This document shows, piece after piece, positions 10,847-22,687 of a DNA stretch of 64,000 bases. The notes beneath the pieces were generated by a model. It saw only the letters and a list, made by a program, of their open reading frames with translations. It made no database searches and was not told the origin of the DNA. The DNA is from Paragordius varius (lineage: Eukaryota; Animalia; Nematomorpha), in NCBI GenBank assembly GCA_964247055.1, contig OZ176053.1, positions 6,200,001-6,264,000 of the forward strand, read 5' to 3'. The position numbers were made by a program, and so were the translations under genes. Each line of letters starts with the position of its first letter. Position 1 is the first letter of the stretch.

Positions 10847-13106
10847 TCTATATATTTATAAAAACGGAAAATGCTGGCTTTGTGATCTGTTTCCGGAAAA
10901 CCGGTAGACCCATTCAAATCCAAATTTCAAAAAAATATAATCATTAATGAATGCACCGAAAATAGCTTCGCCCTTTTTTGAATTAGGCCCCCACTTCGGG
11001 TCCACCCCGTGAAAAAAACGGTTTTTTTAAAAAATAGAAGTCCACAAAAATTGTGTCTTTGAGACAATTTTCCGGAAAACGTGTTGGACCATTCGATTTC
11101 AGATATGATTTTTTTACTTATATTCGATTGCGCCAAACATAGTCGGCTCGATTTTTTAATTTAGGTCGTCTTATTACCGGCTCCCCCCGTAAAATGCCAT
11201 TTTTTCAAAAAAATAAGTACACAAAAATAATTTTTCAAATTTATTTTTCACCCAAAGTATAAGACCATTAAAATTTTAATAAGGATTCCAGCTATTACCT
11301 GTTAAAAGGCCAAAATTTTAGCTAAGTGTTTCTTTGATGATAGCTGGTGGATAAGGAGATACCCGCTAAAAACTGACCCGTTTTATCGAAACACCGTGAC
11401 TTTGGGGCTAAATTTAAGAAAACCTATCAGGCCATATGAGTTCAATAACTGCTTAAAATATTACCCGTAAAAAGTCAAAAATTTAAGTCAAGCGGATTTT
11501 CTATAATAGCGGTTAAATAGGCCCTTTATGCCCTAAAAAATGCGCTATCATTGAACTATTTAGTTTTGAAGTCATTCTTTTATAAACTATTAAGAACATA
11601 TGGAATGTATGATGATTCCAGGTATTCCCGTATAAAGGCATTTTTTTAACTACATTTTTATATTGGCCTCTGGGTAGGGGGCTACCCGCACTGCGCCATC
11701 ATATTACAGCATGCCTTTGGAGCCAAATTTCAAAAAACCTCTCAGGCCATGTAAGTTCAATAACTGCTTAAAATATCACCCGTAACAAGGCAAAAATTTG
11801 ATTTGAGCGGTTTTTTTAAATTAGCAGTTAAATAGGCCCTTTACGCCCTAAAAATGCGCTATCATCAAACTATTATTTAGTTTTGAAACCATTCTTCCAA
11901 TATTAAGAGGATATGGAATGAATGATGATTCCAGGTATTTTTATATTGGCCTCTAAGTAGAGAGCTACCCGCTTTAAACTGGGCCACCATATCAAAATTG
12001 CGTTATTTAGGAGTTAATTTTCAGAAATCAGGCCATATATGTTTTATAAGGGCCTGAAATATTACCTTAAAAAGCCAAAAATATACGCGGAGCGGATTTT
12101 TTAAATTAGCGGTCAAATAGGCTCTGGGTAGGGGACTACCCGCGTAAAAGTACATCACTATATCGATACAGCATGCCTTTGGAGCCAAATTTCAGAAAAC
12201 TTATAAGACTATGTGAGTTCAATAAGGGCCAAAAATATTTATTACCCCTTAAAAAACAAATATTTTAGTATAGGGGATTATTTCAATGAGTCGCTAAGAA
12301 AAGTTTTACGCCCTGGAAAATTCGCCGCCCTAGAACAATTTTTTGGTTTTAAGCAATATTTCCAAGAACATATAGGAACATATGGACATTATAATTCCAG
12401 ATATTCCTCATATAAAGACAAAAAATTTGCCCAACGCTTTTTTATACCTGCCTCTTGGTAAGAAGCTACCCGCCAAAAACTGTGCCACTATATAGAAATT
12501 GCGTTGTTTTGGGACTAATATAAAACACATGCCATATGAGCTCATTTAAAGTTCGAAATATTACCCGTAAGGTAAAAATTAAGTTCGGGCCTTTTTTATT
12601 AGCCGTTAATTTGGGGCCTTTATGCCCAAATACGCCATCATATAACGATTATTTAGTGTTAAGACATTTTTTCGAATAACCCATGAGACGATGATCTTAA
12701 AGATGATTCCAAATATTTTCCTTATAAAGGCAAAAAATTTAATTTAGTGCTTTTTTCATATAGGCCTATGGGTAGGAGTCTACCGGTTAAAACTGAGACT
12801 CCATACAAAAATGGCGTGGTTTTGGAGTTAATTTTTAAAATTAAGAAGCCATACGAGTTCAATAAAGGCTTTAAATATTATCCATAAAAAGGTAAAAATT
12901 ATAGTATAGCCGTCAATTTGAAGCCTTTACACCAGTAAACAATATATTAGTATGAATGCACCGTTTTGAAAATCCTATGACATCATAGCTATTAAATAAT
13001 GTCGAAATAATCTACATATATGGATTATTTTATTGTTCCGTTTCTCAAATATCCCCCAAAAGTCCGAAGTTCCTCGGGCTGCGTAGCAGCACGAGATTTA
13101 CGCTAG
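10847..13106 (+). mobile_element. Non-autonomous Helitron with internal ~300-bp tandem array
   Basis: 5' A|TCTATATATTTATAAA. The 3' end has a GC hairpin CTCG-G-GCTGC-GTA-GCAGC-A-CGAG (13073-95), then 7 nt, then CTAG|T. It is inserted between A and T with no TSD. The landmark (G)CTACCCGC recurs at ~11379, 11682, 11965, 12137, 12466 and 12780. Confidence 0.85.
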
Positions 13107-14032
13107 TAATAATATAAATTATTTTAAAAAATACCGATATGAATTTAATTTAAATAATTTTTTAAAATTTTTGCCTGAAAAAGAGAGTGGCGGTTCCCTC
13201 CTATTTGATTTATAATTGTTAGATTAAAGGAATGCAGGTTTTAGTTAATTAAGGAAAAACTTATCAATGTGAACGGCGCTTGATTTTCCGGGGGAGGGTG
13301 GGAAAGTGTGCAATTTTAAACATTAATTTTGGGAAATTGAATTCTACGCATTGCTCATTTTAATGATTCAATAATTTTTTGACATATTGTTAATACTAAA
13401 AATAAAATACTAGGATGAATCATAAAAATAGTTTAACCCTTTGACCGATCCGTGCCCATAACTCGCCGATGGCGTTCCGATGTTATGTTAGGCGGGTTTT
13501 AGGTTTTTAGATTATTAGGTTTTGCTCGGTTTGCCACAACAAATAAATGCTATACGCATAAAATACAGTCCTAATTCATTAATATGATCATCCGATAATT
13601 TTTTAAAACAGCAAATTGTACAGAAGGAAACCATTAATTTACTTACTTGCATAAAAAACTGTTCTATTATTTTGAACTCATTTGTTGTATAAATTATTTT
13701 TTATAGATATTCATTTAGTACTTTAACTTAACTTGTATAGTAATCAATAGATTTAGTATTTGCCTCATTTCCAATTTTAATAATTTTGACTCGCAATAAA
13801 ATTTATAGAAAATATTTGCCTCCAAAGAAGACGAATTCATTAAATAAGTGCCCATGCGCGTTAAGGTTCAGACCTTTCAATGCGGTTCTTCTAAGTTGTG
13901 TATCTGAACAAATGTAACTCAACATAATATAGATCAGTTTTGACATTTATTTTTATATGTTAACAAATCATATAAAAAAATAATTTTTTTTTATTTAATT
14001 ATTTCATAAGTTAATAATAGTGACTGTGGTAA

Positions 14033-15989
14033 TCTATGTATTTATAAAAATGCTGGCTTTGTGATCTGTTTCCGGAAAACCGGTAGACCCATTTAAATTC
14101 AAATGTGGAAAAAAATAATCATTAATGAATGCTCCGACAATAGCTTCGCCCTTTTTTGAATTTGGCCCCTAGTTCAGACCCTCCCCGTGTCAAAAACGTT
14201 TTTTCAAAAAACAGTAAGTCCATAAAAATCGTGTCTTTGATATAATTTTCCGGAAAACATGTTGAACCATTCAATTTCATTATGATCCGTTTTTACTTTT
14301 TTTCGATTGCGCCGAACATCGGCTCGCTTTTTTAATTTACCCTCTTTTTACCCGCTCCCCCCGTAAAATGCCATTTTTTTCAGTCCACAAAAATAATTTT
14401 TGGATCTATTTTTCGCCCAAGGTATGAGACCGTAAAATTCAATGAGGATACCAGATATTCCCTGTTAAAAGAAAAAATTTTAGCCGTGCGTTTTTTTATA
14501 TTGACTGCTGGGTAAGGAGATATCCGCTAAAAACTACCCCGTCATATCGAAATAGCGTGCCTTTGGGGCTAAATTTCAGAAACCTATCGGGTCATATGAG
14601 TTTAATAGGTGCTTAAATATTACCCGTAACAAGGCAAAAATAGGTCGTGCGGATTTTTATAATTAGCCGTTAATTATCCCTTCACGCCCTGAAAAATGCG
14701 CCACCATAGAATGATTTTTTGGTTTTGAGGCAATTTTTCCAAAAACTCATGAGAGCATATGGAATCAATCCTGATTTCAGGAATTCTCCGTAAAAAGGCA
14801 AAAATTTTAATCAAGCGCTTTTTTGTATCAGTCTCTGGGTAGGGAGCTACCCGCCTAAAACTGCGCCACCATATCGAAATTGCGTTGTTTAGTTAATTTT
14901 CAGAAAACTTATCGGGCCATATTTGTAAGGGTCTTAAATATTACCCGTAAAAAAGGCAAAAATTTAAGTCGAACGGTTTTAATAAATTCGTTAATTAGGC
15001 CCTTTACGCCCTAAAAATGCGCTATCATTAGGCTATTATTTTTGAAACCATTCTTCCATATTAAGAACATATGGAACGAATGATGATTCCAGGTATTTCC
15101 CTATAAAGGCAAAAAATTTTATCGAACGTATTTTATATTTTGGGTAGGGGCAACCCGCTTACAACTGCGCCACCATATCGATACCGCATGACTTTGGACG
15201 CTAATTTTATAAAACTTATCTGGCCATATGAGTTCATATGGTCTTGAAATATTACCCGTAAAAAGGCAAAAATTTAAGTAGAACGGTTTTATTTAATTAC
15301 CCCTTAATTAGTGCCCTGAAAATGCGGCACCATAGAATTGCGACAATTTTTCGAATATCACACGAGAGCATATGGAATCCATGATTCCAAGTATTACCCG
15401 AATTAAGGTAAAAAATTTAATCGAGCGTTTTTTTGTTTCGCCCCCGAGGCTACTCACACAACATGCCTTTGCAGCCAAATTTTAGAAAACCTATGAGACT
15501 ATGTGAGTTCAATAAGGGCCAAAAATATTTATTACCCCTTAAAAACAAATATTTTAGTATAGGGGGTTATTTTAATGAGTCGCTAAGTAAAGTTTTACCC
15601 TGAAAAATGCGCCGCCATCGAACAATTTTTTAGTTTTGAAGCAATATTTCCAAAATCTTATACGAACATATGGAATTTATGAAATTCCAGATATTCCCCA
15701 TATAAAGACAAAAATTTTGCCCAACGCTTCCTTTATACCTGCCCCTGGGTAAGGAGCTACCTGCCAAAAACTGCGCCACTATATAGAAGCGTTGTTTTGG
15801 AGACAATTTTCAAAAATCTTAAGAAGCCATACCAGTCTAATAAAGTGAGCCCTTTTATTCAAATAGCGGCTTGGCAGGCTCCAACTTAAATTATCATGTT
15901 TAACACGGTAAAAAACTTAATACACAAAAATTTATTAGCAATTTTAATTTAATTAAATCAACTGCTGGCTTTCTGATCTGTTACGCTAG
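14033..15989 (+). mobile_element. Second copy of the same Helitron family, 3' end rearranged
   Basis: It has the same 5' end (A|TCTATGTATTTATAAAAATGCTGGCTTTGTGATCTG) and a colinear array to ~15830. TTACGCTAG|T occurs at 15981-15990 without the hairpin. Confidence 0.75.
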
Positions 15990-17441
15990 TTGTGCATAAA
16001 AATGAATGAAGTGTCTGATTAATATTTATACATATTTATATTCCTCGGGCGCCTTGTTACATAATACAAACTGTATATAAGGGCATTGATCAGAATTTAA
16101 GGCATTCTACTGTTCTTTAAATATTTTAGGGACTAAATTGTAAATTTTAAAGGGAAATCGTTTTTATAGCTTATTCGATGTGTACCATATAAATATTCTA
16201 TTACTCGAATTCTTTAGTATATAATATGAAGTTGTATAATTTTTTATTTTCTTCTCCCTTTATCAAATACACCCATAAAAAAGTTTTTAGTTATGAAACA
16301 TGATAGTATTAAAAACTTAAATACAAATTTTAAATTGATCACCAATCCTAGTAAATATTAATCATCACAATTGAAAAAAATAAATTATCAATCCTGTTTG
16401 ACTTATTTCCCTTTATGGTTAACAACAAAATTTGCAAATAAAACAAAATAAAAATCAAAAAAATACCACAAAAGAATATAAGAAAGATTGAAAATTTCAT
16501 TGTTTTGAAAGGCAAAAAAATAAAATGATGATTATCCTCAACTTAAATAGTTTGAGGTTATATTATTTTCGTCTCATAAGTGGACTAGGATATGATAAAT
16601 TACCAAAAAAGCATTAAAAATATAATTGTGACAGTAATTATAAATTTTAACAAAATACATAAGCCATTACACACATTTATCTTTTACACCTAATAATAGG
16701 AATTTAAATTAGGACGATAATTATATAAATAAATAATTCTATAGAGTTTTTATTTGATCGTATTGACTATGTATATGACTGTAAAAGGGTAGTCAGAAAA
16801 TAAAAAAATATACTAATTTTTTTAGTATTACTAATTTAAATTTTAAATAGGCCTGGCTAGATTAAAAGAAAAAAAACGTTATTTACATTTTTTTATCAAA
16901 AATAATCGAATAGTTTTCCAAATTAGGTAATAAAATAATAATGAAAAGGGAACACGCGTCAACTAATATTATATTCAAATATTATATAAACCTCATCTTA
17001 AAACAATATAATTTAAGGCGTAAAATTAAAAAAAGATATGAATCCAATTTTATTTATATTTAATGATGCATAATAAACATCCTCATATTTTGCTTTTAAT
17101 AAATAAATATATTTTTAATATAGGGTGACCAGACGTCCCACTTTTTCAGGATTATATTAAAAAAATTTTTATATGCATTTTAATTTTTTATAAAAAATTT
17201 ATTTTTTTATCTGTTTAAATTTTTTATCATTAGTTTTCTTTAAAATCAATATCAATTTTAAATTAAATTAAATTAAAAATATTTATTTTTTTCGAATTTA
17301 TATCCTATGATTATACACTTTGCTTCCTACTCTGCCAACTTTACCAAAAAGACAAATTAATACCACAAATCGGTAGCTTATACGTTTACACCAGATAATT
17401 AAGGTAATAAAATATTTTTTTACTAATATTAGTTTAAAAAT

Positions 17442-19620
17442 ATGAGTGCAAAAAGAGGTTGTAAATTTAAGGATGAATTAATGAAAGAATATCTTTTTAT
17501 CAAAAAAAACGAAGAATAGATCATTTGTTAAATGTTCTTTATGCGAGGGGGGAATTCACCCTAGCACATGGCGGCAAGCATGATATTAAAAAGCATATGG
17601 AAACACATAAACATAAAAAATGTTTGGATATGGCGGCATCGTCTTACAAAATGAGCGATTTTTATCGAAAAACCGCTTTTGAATAGGAAGAAAAGAATTT
17701 GGCATTAGCCGAAAGCGTTTTGACTTTTCATTCACAATCATTTCTTTAAATCTATGATTGTTCCTCACATGTTATTCGTACCTTATTCAATAAAAAATTT
17801 ACATGTGCCCGTACAAAGGCTGAAGGAATTGTATGCAATGTCCTTTCGCCACATGCCTTTTCTGAAATACAAAAAGATTTGCTGAAAATTAATTATCGCT
17901 ATACTCTGATGTATCAAATCACAAGGAAACAAAATTATTACAGTGGCGTACCGAGCATTTGCGGCGCCCGGGGCATAAAACTTTTATGGCGCCCCCCCTC
18001 CCCCTTATATTTAAAAGCCAATAAAACAATTCAGTAAAAAAATACAAACGTTGTAACCTAAACACCATAGATAAGACAGCACAGTCATATATAAATCTAT
18101 TAAATATATATATTTATATGATACTAAATTTATTCAATGGTACTAATTAGGTGAATGATAGAGTATATATTATATGGATTATTACCTAAATTGCTGAAAA
18201 ATCTCATTTGAAAGTTCTTATTATTTTTGCATAATTACAATGTAATTATAAAAAATCATTTAGGCGCCCCTAAATAACGGCGCCCGGGGCATGATGCACC
18301 CCCTTGCCCCCCCATCGGTACGCCCCTGAATTATTACTAAGATATTTTGATCCGGAAACCGGAGTAAAAATTAAAATTGATTTTATTTCCTACCTGGTGA
18401 AAATTCCGACATAATTTTTGATTCAATAATGAATATTCTAGAAAAAAATAATTTAAAAGACAAAATCATCGCATATTGTTCTGAACACCAATATGAACTT
18501 CGGTGGAAAAGCAAGGACGGGAACAAAAAATATTTTTCATAAATTAGCAGATAATCCTAATCAAAACATGATTGGCGTTGGGTGTGCAGCGTATATTATA
18601 CACAAAGCTATTCAAACAGGTCTGATTTACCCCTAGTGATAAATTTAGTTGTTAAATATATTCCTATTTTTATATATACACAGTACGCGTTGAAACGCTT
18701 AAGGAATTCTGTGAAAATGCAGAAGTTCAATATCAAAAAATGCTTGGATATTGTAAAACTCGTTTGTTAGCTCTTCTGCCAGCCATCGAAAGAATTTTAA
18801 AAATGTATGATTCTCTAAAACCTATTATAGGACAAATGTCCTACAACTTTGGAAAAGTTTTTTGAAAGTGATTCTTTTAAAAATATGGTTAGAGTTCCTA
18901 CATAATCAAGCATCTCTCTTTCAAAATGTTATTAAATTGATAGAAGGTGATAAAATTTCGGCAATCGTAGCCAATGAAGTTAGTAACCTTCCAATGAAGA
19001 AAGGTTAGTAAATAATTTTATACCATAAACCATCCGCAATATTATAAATAATTTAGAAAAAAAGGCTTAATAAATCGCCAAGATATCCTGTACCATATAA
19101 TAATGTTTTATACAAACTTTAAAGATTATTTGGAAGACTGGACGGGGCAATTCAATGAAACTGACCATTTTCATTGAATAACATTAAAACCAGAATTTAT
19201 TGGCGCGATGTTCAAAAATCATTTGATAACATCTGCATCTCCCAAAAATTCCCAAAAAGTAATCTTTCACAAAATGATTTTTTCTAAAGTATAAAAAATA
19301 TATTAATAATGAAAAACTTAATTGATGGACAATAGAAAAATACATTAGAAAAGAAATGGTTGGAAATATTTCATCATTTTGAAACAAATGTTCCATACAA
19401 TAATATTTTAAAAATTGTGGAATTCGCACTATCTTTACCAGGAACCAACGCTGCTACTGATCCCGTTTTTTCCACAGTAAATCAGGTGTGGACATCGGAA
19501 AAATCAAATTTTAATGTTGAAACTTTAAAGGCCATTTTATCTGTCAAATATAATTTGACAAATTCTTGGGAAAACGATGACAATCTGCTAAAACGCATTC
19601 ACTCAATAAAAAATATACCA
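17442..19620 (+). pseudogene. hAT transposase pseudogene (stops, frameshifts, nested MITE)
   Basis: The N-terminal Zn-finger-like segment reads, across frameshifts, MSAKRGCKFKDEL...VKCSLC...FTLAHGGKHDIKKHMETHKH. The C-terminal hAT dimerisation-like motif is IVEFALSLPGTNAAT(ER)VFS.VNQVWT.EKS.FNVETLKAIL. Confidence 0.85.
17941..18328. mobile_element. hAT-type MITE nested in the transposase
   Basis: TIRs CAGTGGCGTACCGA / TCGGTACGCCCCTG and a perfect 8-bp TSD AATTATTA (17933-40, 18329-36). The paralogous transposase copy at ~27880-27900 lacks the insert. Confidence 0.92.
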
Positions 19621-20794
19621 AAGAATAAAATATTTTCTTATATTTATAGAGTTTTTGTGTTAAAAAAAATTATTTGAAATATTGTATAAGTCTTTATAAT
19701 AATTTGTCAAATTTTTGAACACCTAAAATGGCATTTAAAGTTTCAAATTTGTTTTTTCCATGTCCACACTTGATTTACTGTGGAAACACGCGTTCAATAG
19801 CAGTGGTTCCAGATAAAGATAATGCAAATTCTACCATTTTCGAAATATTATTGTGAGGATATAGTTCGTTTAAAAATGATTATTTCAAACCATTTCTATT
19901 CTATTGTATTTTTTTCTGTTGTCCATAATTTAAGTTTTCAATATCAATATATTTATTTAATAATGATACTTCAGAAAAACGAGTCATTGAATTGCACCGT
20001 CTTGTCTTCCAAATAATCTTTTCAGTTTGTATTAAACATTTTTATATCCTGGCTATTCATTAAGCCTTGTTTTTCTGGATGATTTATAATATTGCGATTA
20101 GGTAATAGTATAAACTTATTTTCTAACCTTTATTGACTGGAATTTTAGACATTTGTCCTGTAAAAATAGGATTCTAGGCAATCACACATATTTAAAAAAT
20201 TTTCAATAGCTGGCAAAAGAGCTAACCAACGAGTTCTACAATATCCAAGCATTATACCAACTACATTTTCCACATCCAGGGGTAACAAATCAGCAGCCCT
20301 CTTGAATAACATGTGTATCCGCCAATAATGTTTTGATTAAGATTATTCGCAAAATATTATAAAAATGTGCCGCTCCTTGAGCGCACTTTGCGATGATTTA
20401 TTTTTTAAATTATTTTTTCCCAGAATATTCGTTATTGAAGTAAAATTTAAGTTGGAATTTTCACTGGGTAGAGAATGAGAGTGGGAAATAATTTTGTGCG
20501 TCAGAATATAGCGATATAAAATTTCTGCAAATCTTTTTCTATTTCAGAAAATGCATGTGGTGAAAGGACATTGCATACAATCGCTTCACTCTTTGTATTT
20601 GTGTTAAAAGTAAAATAAATATTACAATAAATTTTTTTGTATAAAAATTTTTGGTTGTACCCCCCCCCCCTATGTCCCCCTTTTCTCAGATTTGTCCCGC
20701 TTTTTCCTTCAAAAAATCTGGTCACCCTAAGTATTAATATCAAGTTTTTTATAGAATTTTATTATCTTTTTAGGCAGTTATAATTTCCACACAT

Positions 20795-21350
20795 AATTAA
20801 AGGTTGTGATCACTGTAGCAGTCAAAGCTTGGATAACACTTAATAACGTTTAGAAATAAGCTTTTACATTTATTCTTATCAATTATGTAATCTTACGGTA
20901 TTTTTTGGAGGAAAACATGTGTAGAGACGTCCTTTGGGTCGCTAGTTAAAGGTGTTGGCTTTGAAAAATATTTTTTTCAGGCAAAATTTCTTTAATCCAT
21001 CGCTTCTGTCATTTTCTGTTCCCAATTCTTTGCTCTGGGTATCTATCGTCCTCCCCTTATAAAATCTTTTTTGGTACTTGCTTTATTGCTGTTTCCAGCT
21101 CATTGTATAACGTTTCACATCGCTGAAATTGGAGCGTAAATATTTTTATAGTTGAGGTAGTTTTGATGCTTGCCTTAAATTAAAATTTTCCAATTTCTTT
21201 CTCATTAATACCTGTTCTATTGTATTTAAACGTGCTGTGGCCAGAATAAAATAATAGGTGATTTTCAAAAGCTAAGCTACCAAAAAAGGAATGTGTGTAT
21301 CGGAGACATTCAATATGTCGATATTATGTTTTATCATTTCCTTTGTTACA
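20795..21350 (-). pseudogene. Decayed LINE (RTE-like) apurinic endonuclease domain
   Basis: Minus-strand translation across frameshifts gives EMIKHNIDILNVSDTH (cf. ELxRYxIDILGISETRW), HLLFYSG, IYAP, KKFCLKKIFFKANTF and a terminal SDHNL motif. Confidence 0.7.
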
Positions 21351-22402
21351 ATGGCGTGAATCAAAATTTTTAATAATTAAAATAGTTTTTTAAATTTTTT
21401 GGCAATATTTTTTAGTATCCGCGGTGCAGGACAGCCCCTGTCTAAATTCATTATTATAATCTTGGCAAAATCTGTTTAAGCGACTATTTTAATGTGTATA
21501 ATTAATTGTTGCAATCTCATCCTATTACGGCTATTATTGGTATATATTTTAATGTAATCACATGTGGCAATGATTTTTGTATTATCTTTCACAGTTGTAA
21601 CCGCTAGATTTAAAAATTAAAAAAATTTCATCACTATTCACCGGAAATATAAAGAAAATTTCAAAATATTTCTCGGTGATATATTTATAAGGCCTTTTTT
21701 AATAATAATTACACCAAGAGGTCTATATATATTTAATTACACACTTAGAACAAGAAAATTCAACCCTGATCTGAGTAAAAAATGTGGCTAAGGAGTTTTT
21801 ATTTAAGTATCCACCCATTCTGTAATTTTCATTACAATTTAGACAAAATTATATATGTTTGTTATTTATATTATTTTCATGATTTCGGCAGGACGGATCT
21901 ACAAAGTGTAGGTTAAATATAAAAAAGAATTTAAAAAGTTTTTTGGCATTACAGTTAAAATCATTTTTCCTCTTTGTGGATTAACTTTTAAATATGAAAA
22001 CAATTTTTTTGGAGTGGGGGGGGGGGGGGGGGGGTGATTCGTATAAAGTCTCAAATATACAATCAACACATTTCATTATTAAAAATGAGCTCATTGCTAA
22101 TAAAAAAAATATATAATTCTATATGAATTAATCTACAGGCATTATAACATAGCTTCAGGCTTAAGGGATATTTAGCAAAAACATAAGACAAACCTGTATT
22201 ATATGTAAAAATGGTTTAAACGGGGTCATATAAAAACAAACAGTTATATCCAAAACTGGTTGTCTGAGGTCTAATCTGCTCTAAACCAGTAACCTTTGCT
22301 ATATATAATGCAATGTTAGAATATGTGATATCAAATAAAGATAAAAGGTAAAATTTAAAATTCACCAAATTTTATAGGTATTTAAATATATTGAAATATT
22401 AA

Positions 22403-22562
22403 CCCTTTTAACTGTAGCAAAATCAGTAATTATTTTATCATGCTTAATTAAATATTTGTTGTATTTAAATCATTGGGTGTTAATTAAATGCTTAAAATAA
22501 AATTGGCCCTAAAAGGAGCTGATGATGACACAATTTCGTAAGAACCGTTACAGTTTAAAGGG
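22403..22562. mobile_element. Short piggyBac-like MITE (~160 bp)
   Basis: TTAA|CCCTTTTAACTGTAGC ... GTTACAGTTTAAAGGG|CCAA. The inverted termini are imperfect and the right TSD is degenerate. Confidence 0.5.
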
Positions 22563-22687
22563 CCAAATTAAGAAATGAATTAAAGATTGCATAACATTTC
22601 AATAATACCAAATGTTTTCGAAAAACTATATAAGTCAGGTGTCCGTTGAATTATTATTATAAAATTTCTTTGATGAATTTTTTTGCA

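Larger units (their letters stand above)
17121..20729 (+). mobile_element. hAT (Blackjack-like TIR) composite: sense transposase pseudogene plus antisense deleted arm
   Basis: TAGGGTGACCAGA at 17121 and TCTGGTCACCCTA ending at 20729. Flanking 8-mers (TTTTAATA / AGTATTAA) do not match, so no TSD is demonstrable. Confidence 0.8.

Noticed and set aside
10927-12461. ORFs 10927-11136 and 12213-12461 as Helitron-captured genes
   Set aside because: They fall in the Helitron 5' region or tandem array and are not kept open in the second copy; no Rep/helicase motifs.
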